DNA from: a virus
Length of the DNA stretch: 64,000 nucleotides
Strand: one strand, 5' to 3'
Virus record (IMG/VR): IMGVR_UViG_3300012156_000141
This document shows positions 20,758 through 30,620 of this stretch, piece by piece. The notes under the pieces were generated by a model that saw only the letters and a list, made by a program, of their open reading frames with translations, searched no databases and was not told where the DNA came from. The translations under genes and the position numbers were made by a program. The first letter of the stretch is position 1; each line of letters starts with the position of its first letter.

Positions 20758-21918
20758 ATGATTAACAAGAAAATTGATAGAGAAAACAAATTTATATCCA
20801 TGTTCAATCCAAAAACAGGTGCATATATGAGAACGGGTGTATTAAAGGACATAGATTCAATAATTTCTGTAAATATTCCAGTAAAAGAACTGATGAAAAC
20901 AGTGTTAAGATTAGATACTGGAGCTGATCCATTTATGTCAGCATTTCCAGAGTTAATCGATGTAGGTGTAATGGGACACTGCACTCATGGAGCAAGTGGT
21001 CTGTGTGTAAAAGCTGGTGTTCAGTGTTATCAAAATGGGTTAGGAATTCAACAACCCAATATGACTCTTGATAATTTTAAAAAGATTGTTGACGAATGTA
21101 AAGGAAAAACTTATCAATTAGCATTAGGCGGTCGAGGCGATGTTGATCAACATGAAAATTTCGAAGAAATCATACAATATTGTCAGGATAATGGAGTTGT
21201 CCCTAATTTCACATCTTCAGGATTAGGCTTTACTGATAATACTATTCGTATTTGTAAAGAATACTGTGGTGCAATTGCTATTAGTTGGTATCGTCAGCCA
21301 CATACATTAAGAGCAATTCAAATGCTTCTCGATGCGGGAATTAAAACGAACATCCACTATGTGCTTGGAAATAATTCTATTGATGAAGCTATTTCGCTTT
21401 TGCGTTCTAATGGATTTCCCAAAGGAATTAATGCAATTATTTTTCTTTTACATAAGCCTGTAGGACTTGGGCAGCAGTCTAATGTACTAGATATTCATGA
21501 CGAACGTGTTAAAGAATTTTTCAAACTGATTGATGAGGAAAAATTTGATTTTAAAATTGGCTTTGATTCTTGTTCTGTCCCTGGAATTATAAATTTAACA
21601 AAGAACATTAATCCAGATAGCATTGATTCTTGTGAGGGTGGAAGATGGTCTGCGTATATTACCGCAGATATGAAAATGCTACCCTGCAGTTTTGATAATC
21701 AGGACATGCGTTGGGCGTATAATATTGCTAATGACAGTATAAAAAACGCCTGGGATAGTGCTCAATTTGAAGACTTCAGAAATCACTTTAAAAAGTCTTG
21801 TGGTGGATGTGCTAATCGAGCATTGTGTATGGGCGGGTGTCCAATCCGCCGACAGATCGTTTTGTGTGATAGAAAGGAGAAAAAATTTTATGAAAGTAAG
21901 ATTGGGATTTGTAACTAA
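20758..21918 (+). CDS. radical SAM protein with C-terminal SPASM domain
   Basis: Expanded cluster motif C-x7-C-x6-C (CTHGASGLCVKAGVQCYQ), LALGGRGD, NFTSSG; SPASM cysteines CEGG...PCSF...CGGCANRALCMGGCP. Confidence 0.9.
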   Translation: MINKKIDRENKFISMFNPKTGAYMRTGVLKDIDSIISVNIPVKELMKTVLRLDTGADPFMSAFPELIDVGVMGHCTHGASGLCVKAGVQCYQNGLGIQQPNMTLDNFKKIVDECKGKTYQLALGGRGDVDQHENFEEIIQYCQDNGVVPNFTSSGLGFTDNTIRICKEYCGAIAISWYRQPHTLRAIQMLLDAGIKTNIHYVLGNNSIDEAISLLRSNGFPKGINAIIFLLHKPVGLGQQSNVLDIHDERVKEFFKLIDEEKFDFKIGFDSCSVPGIINLTKNINPDSIDSCEGGRWSAYITADMKMLPCSFDNQDMRWAYNIANDSIKNAWDSAQFEDFRNHFKKSCGGCANRALCMGGCPIRRQIVLCDRKEKKFYESKIGICN

Positions 21919-22258
21919 TTCCTCCTCATCCAGTTTTATAATTACAAAGAAGAATTTAACTGAAAAGCAGATTCAAGCAATACGCATACATGATGAGTTA
22001 GGTGAGAAGTTAAGAATGCATTGTTCTGATGAGCGGTGGATTATTAGTGAATCTGAAAACTATATTTCAGGAGAAACCTTTATGGACAACTTTTCAATGA
22101 GTAACTTTTTTGATCACATCGGAGTTTCAAATGGTTATGTCACTTGGGATGAGTTTGTGTCAGCTGATGAGATGGATGACCCGGGTGTTGATGATTGTGA
22201 AGATGACGATGATGAATGCGAAAATAAAACATGGGAGGATTATTTAGATGAGTTATGA
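21890..22258 (+). CDS. FVTNSSSSSF-tag protein 1 (122 aa, acidic tail)
   Basis: ATG at 21890 after AAGGAG, overlapping the rSAM 3' end; begins MKVRLGFVTNSSSSSF. Confidence 0.85.
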   Translation: MKVRLGFVTNSSSSSFIITKKNLTEKQIQAIRIHDELGEKLRMHCSDERWIISESENYISGETFMDNFSMSNFFDHIGVSNGYVTWDEFVSADEMDDPGVDDCEDDDDECENKTWEDYLDEL

Positions 22259-22658
22259 CAGAGAAGAGTTGCTAAGAGTGGGTGAAATACTGGAGGATTT
22301 AAAGACAAAGGCAAAAGAAGTAAATCGTCTATATTGTGAATATTGGCATGAATATACAGAAGAGGTTATTCAAGGGCTGGTCGAAAATGATGAAATTGAA
22401 TCAATTCATGAAATTACTGATTTTGGGATTGTTATTGGTAACAGTGACTTTTCGGGTTCACATAGATCAAATTATGCAGAAAATTATATTTCACTTGATT
22501 ACTTCATTACTGAAGATTTAGATGCTTTTGTTAAAGAACGAGTATGGAAGAATACGGAAAGACAAAGAAGAAAAATCAAGGCCAATAAAGAAAAGCAAAC
22601 TGAAGAAAGGTATCAGTTATATCTGAAACTTAAGGAAGAATTTGAGGGAAAGGAATGA
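22248..22658 (+). CDS. hypothetical protein in the rSAM operon (no tag)
   Basis: 136 aa, GGAGG RBS, overlaps the upstream gene. Confidence 0.75.
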   Translation: MSYDREELLRVGEILEDLKTKAKEVNRLYCEYWHEYTEEVIQGLVENDEIESIHEITDFGIVIGNSDFSGSHRSNYAENYISLDYFITEDLDAFVKERVWKNTERQRRKIKANKEKQTEERYQLYLKLKEEFEGKE

Positions 22659-22661
22659 ATT

Positions 22662-23066
22662 ATGAAGATTAGAAATGATTTTGTAACTAATAGTTCAAGC
22701 AGTTCTTTTGTTATTGCAAAAAGAAAAGATTGTACGTTAGATGATATAAGACAGTATTTAAATAATATAAGGAAATCTGTTTTGAAATTCATTAAATCAG
22801 AAGGTGAATACCTAGATTGGGATGATATGGATGATTGCTTACCTGAGTTTACAATGTCTGAAATTAGAGATGAAAAATATGAAGACGCCTTAGATGAAAT
22901 AATAAATCATTTTGCTAGACTGCTTTATAGTTATTCAGGTTATAGTACTAGTCTAGATGACTGGGAAGTCTATTCTGAGAAATTTTCCAATGAGGGTGAT
23001 GTGTTCAGCGCCTTCATTTATACCTATGGACATGAAATAAATACTGACAACTTTAAAATAGTATAA
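22662..23066 (+). CDS. FVTNSSSSSF-tag protein 2
   Basis: Begins MKIRNDFVTNSSSSSF. Confidence 0.85.
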   Translation: MKIRNDFVTNSSSSSFVIAKRKDCTLDDIRQYLNNIRKSVLKFIKSEGEYLDWDDMDDCLPEFTMSEIRDEKYEDALDEIINHFARLLYSYSGYSTSLDDWEVYSEKFSNEGDVFSAFIYTYGHEINTDNFKIV

Positions 23067-23086
23067 TAATAGAAAGGGTTACTGTT

Positions 23087-23674
23087 ATGAAAAAAAGAAG
23101 TGATTATGTAACGAACAGTTCAAGTTCAAGTTTTGTATGTGAAATTTGTGGAAGACAAGAATCTGGATATGATTATGGTCTAAGCGAAGCAGAAATGTAT
23201 GAATGTGAAAATGGGCATACGTTTTGTATTGATGAGGCATTAGAGGTAAATCTCGCAGATCTGATTTTATTTATTCTTTCAAAAGGATACCATAAGATAA
23301 CATGGCCAGAATACAAAGAATATACAAAAGAAGAATTAGATGATATGAATTTTAGTGAATTGCTTGATTTGGCTGCAGAAGGAGGAAATTATGGTGTTCC
23401 AGAAAGTATGTGTCCAATTTGTAATTTTTTGGAATACTCTCAATTTGATATGTGTAATTATCTGGAAAGAAAATATGAAATAAGCAAAACGGAAGCGTTT
23501 GCTGCAGTAAAAGCAATTAACCGGAGACGGAAGAAACTATACGATAATGAATACATATCTTATGTGTGCCAAAAACTTTCTTTAAATCCGGTTGAGATTG
23601 TTGAGAATTGGAAAAAAACTTTTAAATCATATCATGAGTTTAAAACTTATATAAATAAAGGGAAATTGATATGA
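23087..23674 (+). CDS. FVTNSSSSSF-tag protein 3 with Zn-finger-like Cys/His motifs
   Basis: Begins MKKRSDYVTNSSSSSF, then CEIC, CENGHTFC, CPIC. Confidence 0.85.
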   Translation: MKKRSDYVTNSSSSSFVCEICGRQESGYDYGLSEAEMYECENGHTFCIDEALEVNLADLILFILSKGYHKITWPEYKEYTKEELDDMNFSELLDLAAEGGNYGVPESMCPICNFLEYSQFDMCNYLERKYEISKTEAFAAVKAINRRRKKLYDNEYISYVCQKLSLNPVEIVENWKKTFKSYHEFKTYINKGKLI

Positions 23675-24087
23675 AAAGAAGAAGCGATTTTGTGACAAAT
23701 TCTAGTAGCAGCAGTTTCTTGGTTGCTTATAAAGATTTTACAGGTATTGATGCTGATACATTGTCTAAATACCCATTTTTAGCTAATATACAAAATATAA
23801 TTGACACAATCATATACGTGGATGGTGATTATTCAGAGACGCGTCCGGGTGAGATTTACACGAGTCGTAAAGAATGGATAGAATATTTATTAGAGAATTA
23901 TTATTGTAAAAGTGTTGAAGAGCTTTTGAAAAATTATGATAATAGATTATATGAAAAAATATCCGCCTATTTTGATAAAGGTTATAAAGTTTTTGAGAAG
24001 TGGGTTGATTATAACGACGAGTCATTGTCAACTATAATTAGAGCATTAGATGATGGAGAGAATTTCATTGTTTTAGATGGTGATTAA
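23671..24087 (+). CDS. FVTNSSSSSF-tag protein 4
   Basis: Begins MKRRSDFVTNSSSSSF; ATGA start/stop overlap. Confidence 0.85.
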   Translation: MKRRSDFVTNSSSSSFLVAYKDFTGIDADTLSKYPFLANIQNIIDTIIYVDGDYSETRPGEIYTSRKEWIEYLLENYYCKSVEELLKNYDNRLYEKISAYFDKGYKVFEKWVDYNDESLSTIIRALDDGENFIVLDGD

Positions 24088-24152
24088 ATGCAAGTTATTT
24101 ATATTTCAATTACGCCATATTATTTTTATCAAAGAATAATGGAGGATTTAAA

Positions 24153-24347
24153 ATGGATGAACCATTAAGAATGTACACCTTTCAGTTCAATAATTATATT
24201 GATGATTGCTTGGTTAATGAGTTTTGTAAAAATCACGATGTTGTGCGAATTTGTCCACCAATTGCAATTCCTATGGAGATTTATACAGACGGGAGACAGT
24301 GTGGAACTCTAGTCCAAGTTACTGTAATTTACAACGAGGTAAAATAA
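24153..24347 (+). CDS. small hypothetical protein
   Basis: GGAGG RBS, CATATTA motif, terminator at 24352-24375. Confidence 0.7.
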   Translation: MDEPLRMYTFQFNNYIDDCLVNEFCKNHDVVRICPPIAIPMEIYTDGRQCGTLVQVTVIYNEVK

Positions 24348-24516
24348 CAAGAAAAGAAGCTTCGGCTTCTTTTTTGTATTGTTGGAAAACAGCAGAAAGC
24401 ATGGTGCTCTTTTTTGTTTAATACCATCATAATACATGATAAACGCAAAGACCATATTGAAGAAACAAAAATCTGACATAATATATGTAAATAAGAATAA
24501 AGGAGAATTGTAAATT

Positions 24517-24831
24517 ATGAATGAATCAAAGATTTATAAGATAAATAGCTATGGAAAAACTTTTGATATTCGTTTAGATGTGACGAGCTATATGAATTCT
24601 CACTTTGCAATTACTATGTCAGGCAAAGCAGATGATGAAAACTGGTGGGAACCATATGACACTTTAACTACAAATTTTCCGGAATCAAGATCGGAAGGTT
24701 CTTATGCCTATGTCCAAGAAGACAAATATTTGGATTTTGTTTTAGAAAATAAGTTGGGAGTAAAGACTGGTAATGTTATTAAAAGTGGGTTTAATACATA
24801 TGTGGAAATTTATTTCAATGAGGACATTTGA
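24517..24831 (+). CDS. DUF4313-like protein
   Basis: EPYDTLTTN...AYV...ENKLG..TG....SGFNTY pattern. Confidence 0.6.
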   Translation: MNESKIYKINSYGKTFDIRLDVTSYMNSHFAITMSGKADDENWWEPYDTLTTNFPESRSEGSYAYVQEDKYLDFVLENKLGVKTGNVIKSGFNTYVEIYFNEDI

Positions 24832-24849
24832 TAGAATAGGAGGAACGAA

Positions 24850-25131
24850 ATGCAAGGATTAAATACGGAAGAAGTAAAAGCACTGGTGGCTTATATTGCT
24901 CAAAACAATAGTTGGGAACATTTATATGACAGCCGGAAAAGAAAGAGAAAAATTCCCAAGTACTACACGATGACTTACGATTCCAGAACTAATGATATGT
25001 GGAGAATTGAATTTAACCAAATCATTGGTGATGATTGTAAAATTGATGAATCAGTTGTATTTAGAACTGAAAAAGGGTGTGATTTGAAAACCGAAATATA
25101 TAATTGGTTGGAGGAACGTGCTGAAAAATAA
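24850..25131 (+). CDS. hypothetical protein
   Basis: AGGAGG RBS. Confidence 0.7.
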   Translation: MQGLNTEEVKALVAYIAQNNSWEHLYDSRKRKRKIPKYYTMTYDSRTNDMWRIEFNQIIGDDCKIDESVVFRTEKGCDLKTEIYNWLEERAEK

Positions 25132-25149
25132 GAACTGAGGAGAAAATTA

Positions 25150-25629
25150 ATGAGTAAAATTTTAGAATTGGCAAAAAGAGCTGACTCTGTCCTTATCTTT
25201 GACATTGATGGAGTATTGGCACCTTACGAATATGGAGATACGAATCACAACGCTTGTAAAGATGAGGACTGGGAGAACTATATTGCTTGTAATAATGTCT
25301 ACGAAACAGTAAGATCAATAAAAACAATTCAAGAGTTCGTGATGAATAAGGATTCCAGTAAAATCTATGTCTGCTCTGTGGCAGCATCATATGAAGTTGA
25401 ACTAAAGAAGCAGTTTGTTGTGCAAAATTATAGTATTTTAGAAGATCATATATATTTTGTTAAGTCTAAAAAAGAAAAGCTGGATTTAATGAATTATATA
25501 AAAGAGCAATATCATCCGGATTTAGAGGATAAAGCATTAATTTTGATAGATGATACTGTAAAGACATTAACTGATATACAAGAAAACTCTAATTATTCAA
25601 CTATGCATGTTAGTTCGTTTTTAGAATAA
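25150..25629 (+). CDS. HAD-superfamily hydrolase
   Basis: Motif I FDIDGVL, motif II CS, Lys, motif IV LIDD. Confidence 0.8.
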   Translation: MSKILELAKRADSVLIFDIDGVLAPYEYGDTNHNACKDEDWENYIACNNVYETVRSIKTIQEFVMNKDSSKIYVCSVAASYEVELKKQFVVQNYSILEDHIYFVKSKKEKLDLMNYIKEQYHPDLEDKALILIDDTVKTLTDIQENSNYSTMHVSSFLE

Positions 25630-25645
25630 GAAGAAAGGTCGAATT

Positions 25646-25936
25646 ATGAAAGTAAATGGATATGAAAAAAGAAATGTGGAAATTGAAATAAATCCTAAAG
25701 AAGCCGTTTTGGCATTAGCAAAAAACTACAATCTATATGGTTTGTTAAAACCAGATAGTGACGCTTACTTTAAACTTGAAGAAAAGAATGACGATACATA
25801 TCTATGCAAATACGAAAATTATTGTTACCATGGCTCTCCAAACTATGAAAAAACATATGAACGTCAGTTATCAGAAGACGAATCCAGTGTTGCAAAATCT
25901 TTACTACAATTGTATCGGATTATTGAAAGGCACTAA
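25646..25936 (+). CDS. hypothetical protein
   Basis: 96 aa, followed by a terminator. Confidence 0.7.
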   Translation: MKVNGYEKRNVEIEINPKEAVLALAKNYNLYGLLKPDSDAYFKLEEKNDDTYLCKYENYCYHGSPNYEKTYERQLSEDESSVAKSLLQLYRIIERH

Positions 25937-25998
25937 AAGAAACCAAAAGGTTTCTTTTTTAATTGCAATTTTACATACTAACATAATGGAGGCGCTTC

Positions 25999-26346
25999 AT
26001 GAAAAGAAATTTATTGATGACAGTGGCATTATTACTAGTATTATTAACAGGCTGCTCAAAATGTATAAAGACAGAGACAAAGGTAGTTGAGGTAAAGATA
26101 GTTGGTGAATATTATGGAATTGAAAAAATACTTCCTAGAACTTATGAAAGTGTTGAAGAAATAAGAGGAACAGAAACTTATAAGATTGTTGTTGAATATG
26201 AGAATCGGAGATATACAATTTCTTGTGAAGAAAAAATATACAATAAATATAAGCATAAACTTGGAGAAACTGCATTCGCATTACTTGAAATAAATACATA
26301 TGAAAATGGGCAAGAAGGAAAGATCATTACCTTGTCTAATCATTAA
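25999..26346 (+). CDS. lipoprotein
   Basis: LTGC lipobox, GGAGG RBS. Confidence 0.75.
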   Translation: MKRNLLMTVALLLVLLTGCSKCIKTETKVVEVKIVGEYYGIEKILPRTYESVEEIRGTETYKIVVEYENRRYTISCEEKIYNKYKHKLGETAFALLEINTYENGQEGKIITLSNH

Positions 26347-26478
26347 TAGGATTTATTTTTCATTGGTTATTTTCCTAATTATTCATGTAGCTGATAATAT
26401 AAGTGTGCTCTTTTTCTGTTGTGTAAATAAAAAAGCTCACATAATATTTTTATGAAAATAACAGTTGGAGGATTACAT

Positions 26479-27060
26479 ATGTATTATAAAATTTTAAAGA
26501 AAAATATGTTGCATTATAGTATGCAGTATAAGGAAGGTTTGAATGTCGATATAAAACCTTTTAATTCCAGTCCTGTTTGTGGAGGCGGTTTATTCTTTTC
26601 AGACGAGAAGAATATATTAGCGTTTTGTGGTTATGGTGATTTGATTGCAGAAGTTACAATTCCGGAAGGCGAGAAGATTGTACCTGTAGAAAATAAGTAC
26701 AAGGCCAACAAAATCATTTTATCTAATATTAGAGATTTGTGGACTAAAGAAACTTTTAAGTATTTGGTTCGTAAAGGTATAAACCTTCATGCAGATGATG
26801 ATGAGGTTTTAAGATGGGCTGTAGGAAATGGTCATTTGAAAGTGGTTAAGTATTTAGTAGAGCAAGGAGCAGGTATCCATGCCGGTGATGACTATGCTTT
26901 AAAATGGGCATCGGAAAATGGTCATTTGAAAGTGGTTAAGTATTTAGTAGAGCAAGGAGCAGATATCCATGCCGGTGATGACTATGCTTTAAAATGGGCA
27001 TCGGAAAATGGTCATTTGGAAGTGGTTAAGTATTTGAAAGATCAAATCAAGAAATCTTAA
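26479..27060 (+). CDS. constant-head ankyrin-repeat protein (3 repeats)
   Basis: MYYKILKK...QYKEGLN...GGLFFSDEK head followed by 30-aa ankyrin repeats ([30 protein letters not shown]). Confidence 0.9.
   Translation: MYYKILKKNMLHYSMQYKEGLNVDIKPFNSSPVCGGGLFFSDEKNILAFCGYGDLIAEVTIPEGEKIVPVENKYKANKIILSNIRDLWTKETFKYLVRKGINLHADDDEVLRWAVGNGHLKVVKYLVEQGAGIHAGDDYALKWASENGHLKVVKYLVEQGADIHAGDDYALKWASENGHLEVVKYLKDQIKKS
26825..27035 (+). repeat. near-identical 90-bp tandem repeat encoding ankyrin units
   Basis: AAATGGTCATTTG(A/G)AAGTGGTTAAGTATTT recurs at 90-bp spacing. Confidence 0.9.
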
Positions 27061-27105
27061 ATTAAATAATATAATACACAATAAAAAGAAGCTATTAAGC
27101 TTCTT

Positions 27106-28362
27106 TTATTTTCTTAAGGATTCTAAAGCAATATCGAATATTTCTTTAGGTTTTAGTTCATCTACAACTTGTTTTGCGTAATCAGGAATGCCGTAATGGG
27201 CGCCAGCTATGCTTCCAGCTATGGCTCCAATCGTATCAGTATCACCATCAAAAGATAAGACATTGTTAATTACATCTTCAAAACTTTCTGAATAGTAAAA
27301 GCAAATAGCCGCAGCAGGGACAGAATATTGGCATATGTCTGGTCCAGTTGCATATTTCAATTCGTCCATTGTAAACTCCTTTAAAGCAACACCTCGGTAA
27401 ATATACCGTTTTGTTCTCTTTTCAGGATAGAATTTTATCATGTAATTAAATATCTGTTGTTTGGAATAGCCTTGTTTTGCCATCCAAATAGCCACAGAGA
27501 CAACAACCGCACCAGTGATTCCATCCATATGATTATGTGTAGCAGCAGCACTGGCAATAGAATACAGTATAACATCATCCAGCACAGAGAACTTTTCGGC
27601 AATAGGAGATACTCTCATAGCGGCACCATTACCATAGCTACCGTATGGATATATATTATCTGAATGCACCCAGGAGTAAAATGCGTCACCATAGCTGGCA
27701 TGTAAAAATGGCATTTTTGCATATTCGCGATAGATTGGTGTAAAAGGATTACTTATAAATGGGTAACGAGTTGACCGGATATACTCATCGAAAGATGGCA
27801 TCGCTTGTTCATCAATAACAATTTTCTCATTTAGGGTTTTAGCTGTAGCACATGACAAGATAGTATCATCAGTTGGCCCTGATCCTGCTACAATACAATT
27901 ATGAAAATTTAAGTTTTTACGTGCTGAAAACTTAAATCCAAATTCATAATAGCTGCCAGCAATATCACCGAAACAAGCGCCATAAAAAGCCGAGGGAATA
28001 TCAAATACCTTAACTTTCTCATCTGGCATGCTTTTGACTTTGAATTTGTCTTTTAAATATTCAATGTCGATAATATAAACACTTTCCTCGCATAGATCTT
28101 CGAATTCTTCATTTGTAATTTCCTGATTTAAATAACCATCCACTAAATGTTTAACAGAAGAAGGAATAGAGCCTATTTCCAGTTGTTCTCTGGCACATTC
28201 CATAAGAGTAGGACTTAATTCCGGATAATCATAGATACTGGTATCAATTCCAGCAATTTTCCCTAATAAAACCTGTTCCTGATGCCATTTTAAACATTCA
28301 AAAGAAGGAGAATAATCTGTTTTTTGAAAAAATATTTGTGTTATCTTTTTTAATATCTTCAT
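27106..28362 (-). CDS. ADP-ribosylglycohydrolase (DraG/ARH family) with N-terminal extension
   Basis: GDIAGSYYEF, TDDT, SYGNGAAMRVSP, THNH, GDTDTIGAIAGSIAGA. Confidence 0.92.
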   Translation of the reverse strand: MKILKKITQIFFQKTDYSPSFECLKWHQEQVLLGKIAGIDTSIYDYPELSPTLMECAREQLEIGSIPSSVKHLVDGYLNQEITNEEFEDLCEESVYIIDIEYLKDKFKVKSMPDEKVKVFDIPSAFYGACFGDIAGSYYEFGFKFSARKNLNFHNCIVAGSGPTDDTILSCATAKTLNEKIVIDEQAMPSFDEYIRSTRYPFISNPFTPIYREYAKMPFLHASYGDAFYSWVHSDNIYPYGSYGNGAAMRVSPIAEKFSVLDDVILYSIASAAATHNHMDGITGAVVVSVAIWMAKQGYSKQQIFNYMIKFYPEKRTKRYIYRGVALKEFTMDELKYATGPDICQYSVPAAAICFYYSESFEDVINNVLSFDGDTDTIGAIAGSIAGAHYGIPDYAKQVVDELKPKEIFDIALESLRK

Positions 28363-28474
28363 TTAAAACCTCCTTAAATTATAATATGACATTTAGAAGA
28401 AAAATTAATTTTCTTTTATGGTTTTTTCGATTATAATAGGTGTAAGTGCATATGCAGTAAGGAAAGGAGTATAT

Positions 28475-28783
28475 ATGATTGGATGCACAATAACAAAACC
28501 TGGAAAGGTTGAGATGAAAAATTTTGAAAAGGGTTCATTAACTGAGATTCAAGAATTTGTGGGTGGATATATAGAAACATTAAACTATTTAGGTGATCAA
28601 GTAGTGGTTGTAGTTCATGATGAAGGAAAACTAGTTGGTTTGCCACACACCTGTTTTATCAGATATAATAATCGTACAATGGAACTTGTTGGTAATGTTG
28701 TTATCTTTAAAATCAAAAATAATGATTTTTCCAGTATTACACAAAAGGAAGCTGCACAGTTCATTGGTAAGTATATATTTTAG
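28475..28783 (+). CDS. DUF3846-like protein
   Basis: LTEIQEFVGGYIE...DEGKLVGLP...LVGNVVI; AAGGAG RBS. Confidence 0.75.
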   Translation: MIGCTITKPGKVEMKNFEKGSLTEIQEFVGGYIETLNYLGDQVVVVVHDEGKLVGLPHTCFIRYNNRTMELVGNVVIFKIKNNDFSSITQKEAAQFIGKYIF

Positions 28784-28816
28784 ATATAGCAAAAAGCCAG
28801 TTTAACTGGCTTTTAA

Positions 28817-30037
28817 TCATTCGATTTCTACTAAGTACTTGATAGTACATTGCTCCTCTTTATAAACGATAATTTCATCATTTTTCAGCATATTTCCGGC
28901 ATGAGCATGAAGAGAATTAGCTTCAGGACAAGTATCTTGGAGACGTTTATAATCAAAATTGTAGTACTTACTATCAAATGAATAAACATTATAAGGCTTT
29001 CCATATGCAACTTCCATGAGAGCCATGAAGGCCGTTTTTGAATTGCCATTTGCCCAATATGAACCGCTAACAGAGGTATATCCAATTGATTTCTGCGCTC
29101 TTGGAGCATAATAGATACCATACCCAAACATTTTTCCATTTATAATCGCATTCGTGGGTCTTAAAACTAATCCGCTACCTAATATAGACCACCAATTTTC
29201 ATTTCTGCTGCCGTGCCAAAGAAATCTTATTTCAATGATTTTCTCTGACTCTATAAATTTATCAAATCTTTTCTGTGTTTTTAGATTTGTTACTTTCCAA
29301 GCCTGTTTAAATCGATGTGCATTTTCCTCAAGTGCATTTTTAATGATTTTAATATCATTGTCATCACATGGTTCAAACGTGATTCCAATTGCTTCTAGAA
29401 TTGTCTTTTGCTCTTTTTCTTCAAAATCGTCATCCTGTTTATCATCAATTGCTTTTTGGACGACCTGGCCTCTCATAATATCAAGCAAATCCTGCTCTCG
29501 CTTTATAATCTTCGGAAAATCAGTAGGATCAGATGCGATATAGGATGATACGGAAGACATACTTCGAGGAATAACTGTAAAAAGCTCTAATATATATTTG
29601 TTAAAAGTTTTTACTGTCTCTATATCAACTAGTTTGGTAAGTATTTTTTGAGCTTCGTCAACCATGGCTTGTGTAACTTTGTTTGAAGATATGGTATAGT
29701 TTTGTGAGATGGCCTGTCGGGCCATACTTTGAAGTCTTTCAACAACATCAGCAATTACCTTGTTTTCTATTTCTAAATAGGTTTTTGCAATTCCTTTTGG
29801 CTTTTCAACCTGCATTAGATCTTCGACTAATTCTGACTGGTCAACATAACCTTTCCTGATTTTTTCCTTATATTTGCTTTCCCATTTACTCATAGGGTAT
29901 GCAGCAGTTTGTGGCGAGCTTCCCACTCGTCCATATTCTGCCATCCAAGTATTTCCATTCGGAATCTGTTTATAATACTTATTGTTGTTTTTATCTGCTG
30001 TTACCATAAGAAGGTATCTTGGTTTTATCTGGCTCAT
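28817..30037 (-). CDS. PARP-like ADP-ribosyltransferase (WGR, regulatory and catalytic domains)
   Basis: NNNKYY...EYGRVG (WGR-like); LFTVIPR (PARP-reg-like); H-Y-E triad in LWHGSR, GKMFGYGIYYA, KSIGY, LKNDEIIVY. Confidence 0.9.
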   Translation of the reverse strand: MSQIKPRYLLMVTADKNNNKYYKQIPNGNTWMAEYGRVGSSPQTAAYPMSKWESKYKEKIRKGYVDQSELVEDLMQVEKPKGIAKTYLEIENKVIADVVERLQSMARQAISQNYTISSNKVTQAMVDEAQKILTKLVDIETVKTFNKYILELFTVIPRSMSSVSSYIASDPTDFPKIIKREQDLLDIMRGQVVQKAIDDKQDDDFEEKEQKTILEAIGITFEPCDDNDIKIIKNALEENAHRFKQAWKVTNLKTQKRFDKFIESEKIIEIRFLWHGSRNENWWSILGSGLVLRPTNAIINGKMFGYGIYYAPRAQKSIGYTSVSGSYWANGNSKTAFMALMEVAYGKPYNVYSFDSKYYNFDYKRLQDTCPEANSLHAHAGNMLKNDEIIVYKEEQCTIKYLVEIE

Positions 30038-30052
30038 ATCAGCACATCCTTA

Positions 30053-30478
30053 TTACAGTGAACAAACCAATATTTCAACATCAGTATCATCAAAAATATC
30101 CTCTAAAAGGTCGGTAACCTCATCCCAATCAAGTCGTTCCTTACCGCATCCGATTTGAGGCATTGCTACTTTAGTGATGTCTTTTTCTAACATTTGCTCT
30201 TTCATATTCCAAAGAGCATCTTCTAAATCATTGCATAAAGCCTTATCCCGGCAGCCTTCCTTAATGACAAGATTAAATACATTATCAACGCATAAAGCTT
30301 TGCCAACTCTATGTTCTTTGTATTTAAACTGTTTGCTTAACTTAAGCCTCATGTTATAGACTTCATTAATTTTTTTCGCAATACCTGCGCCAAGTGCAAA
30401 ATCAGCACTAATACAATGAGCAATGTAGTAACCCAGCTTGACACTAAATAAATCTTTTTTCACTTCTACTATTTTCAT
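30053..30478 (-). CDS. macrodomain protein (TARG1/Poa1p-like)
   Basis: DLF...AHCISADFALGAGIA...FNLVIK...AMPQIGCG..RLDW; start 30478 after AGGAGG; directly upstream of the PARP gene. Confidence 0.88.
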   Translation of the reverse strand: MKIVEVKKDLFSVKLGYYIAHCISADFALGAGIAKKINEVYNMRLKLSKQFKYKEHRVGKALCVDNVFNLVIKEGCRDKALCNDLEDALWNMKEQMLEKDITKVAMPQIGCGKERLDWDEVTDLLEDIFDDTDVEILVCSL

Positions 30479-30620
30479 AAATAGCCTCCTTGTTTGAATT
30501 TGACAAAGTAAGTATGTCGAAAATTTCATCCAGATAGAAATAAAAAATATAGAAGAAAAAAGTTTAATCTCATCGGTATCTGTCATTATTACTTTAGATA
30601 CAAACATAAAGGAGGACTAA

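Noticed and set aside
26825-27035. 90-bp repeats here and at 63300-64000 as a CRISPR array
   Set aside because: They are in-frame ankyrin-coding tandem repeats with no repeat/unique-spacer alternation and no cas genes.
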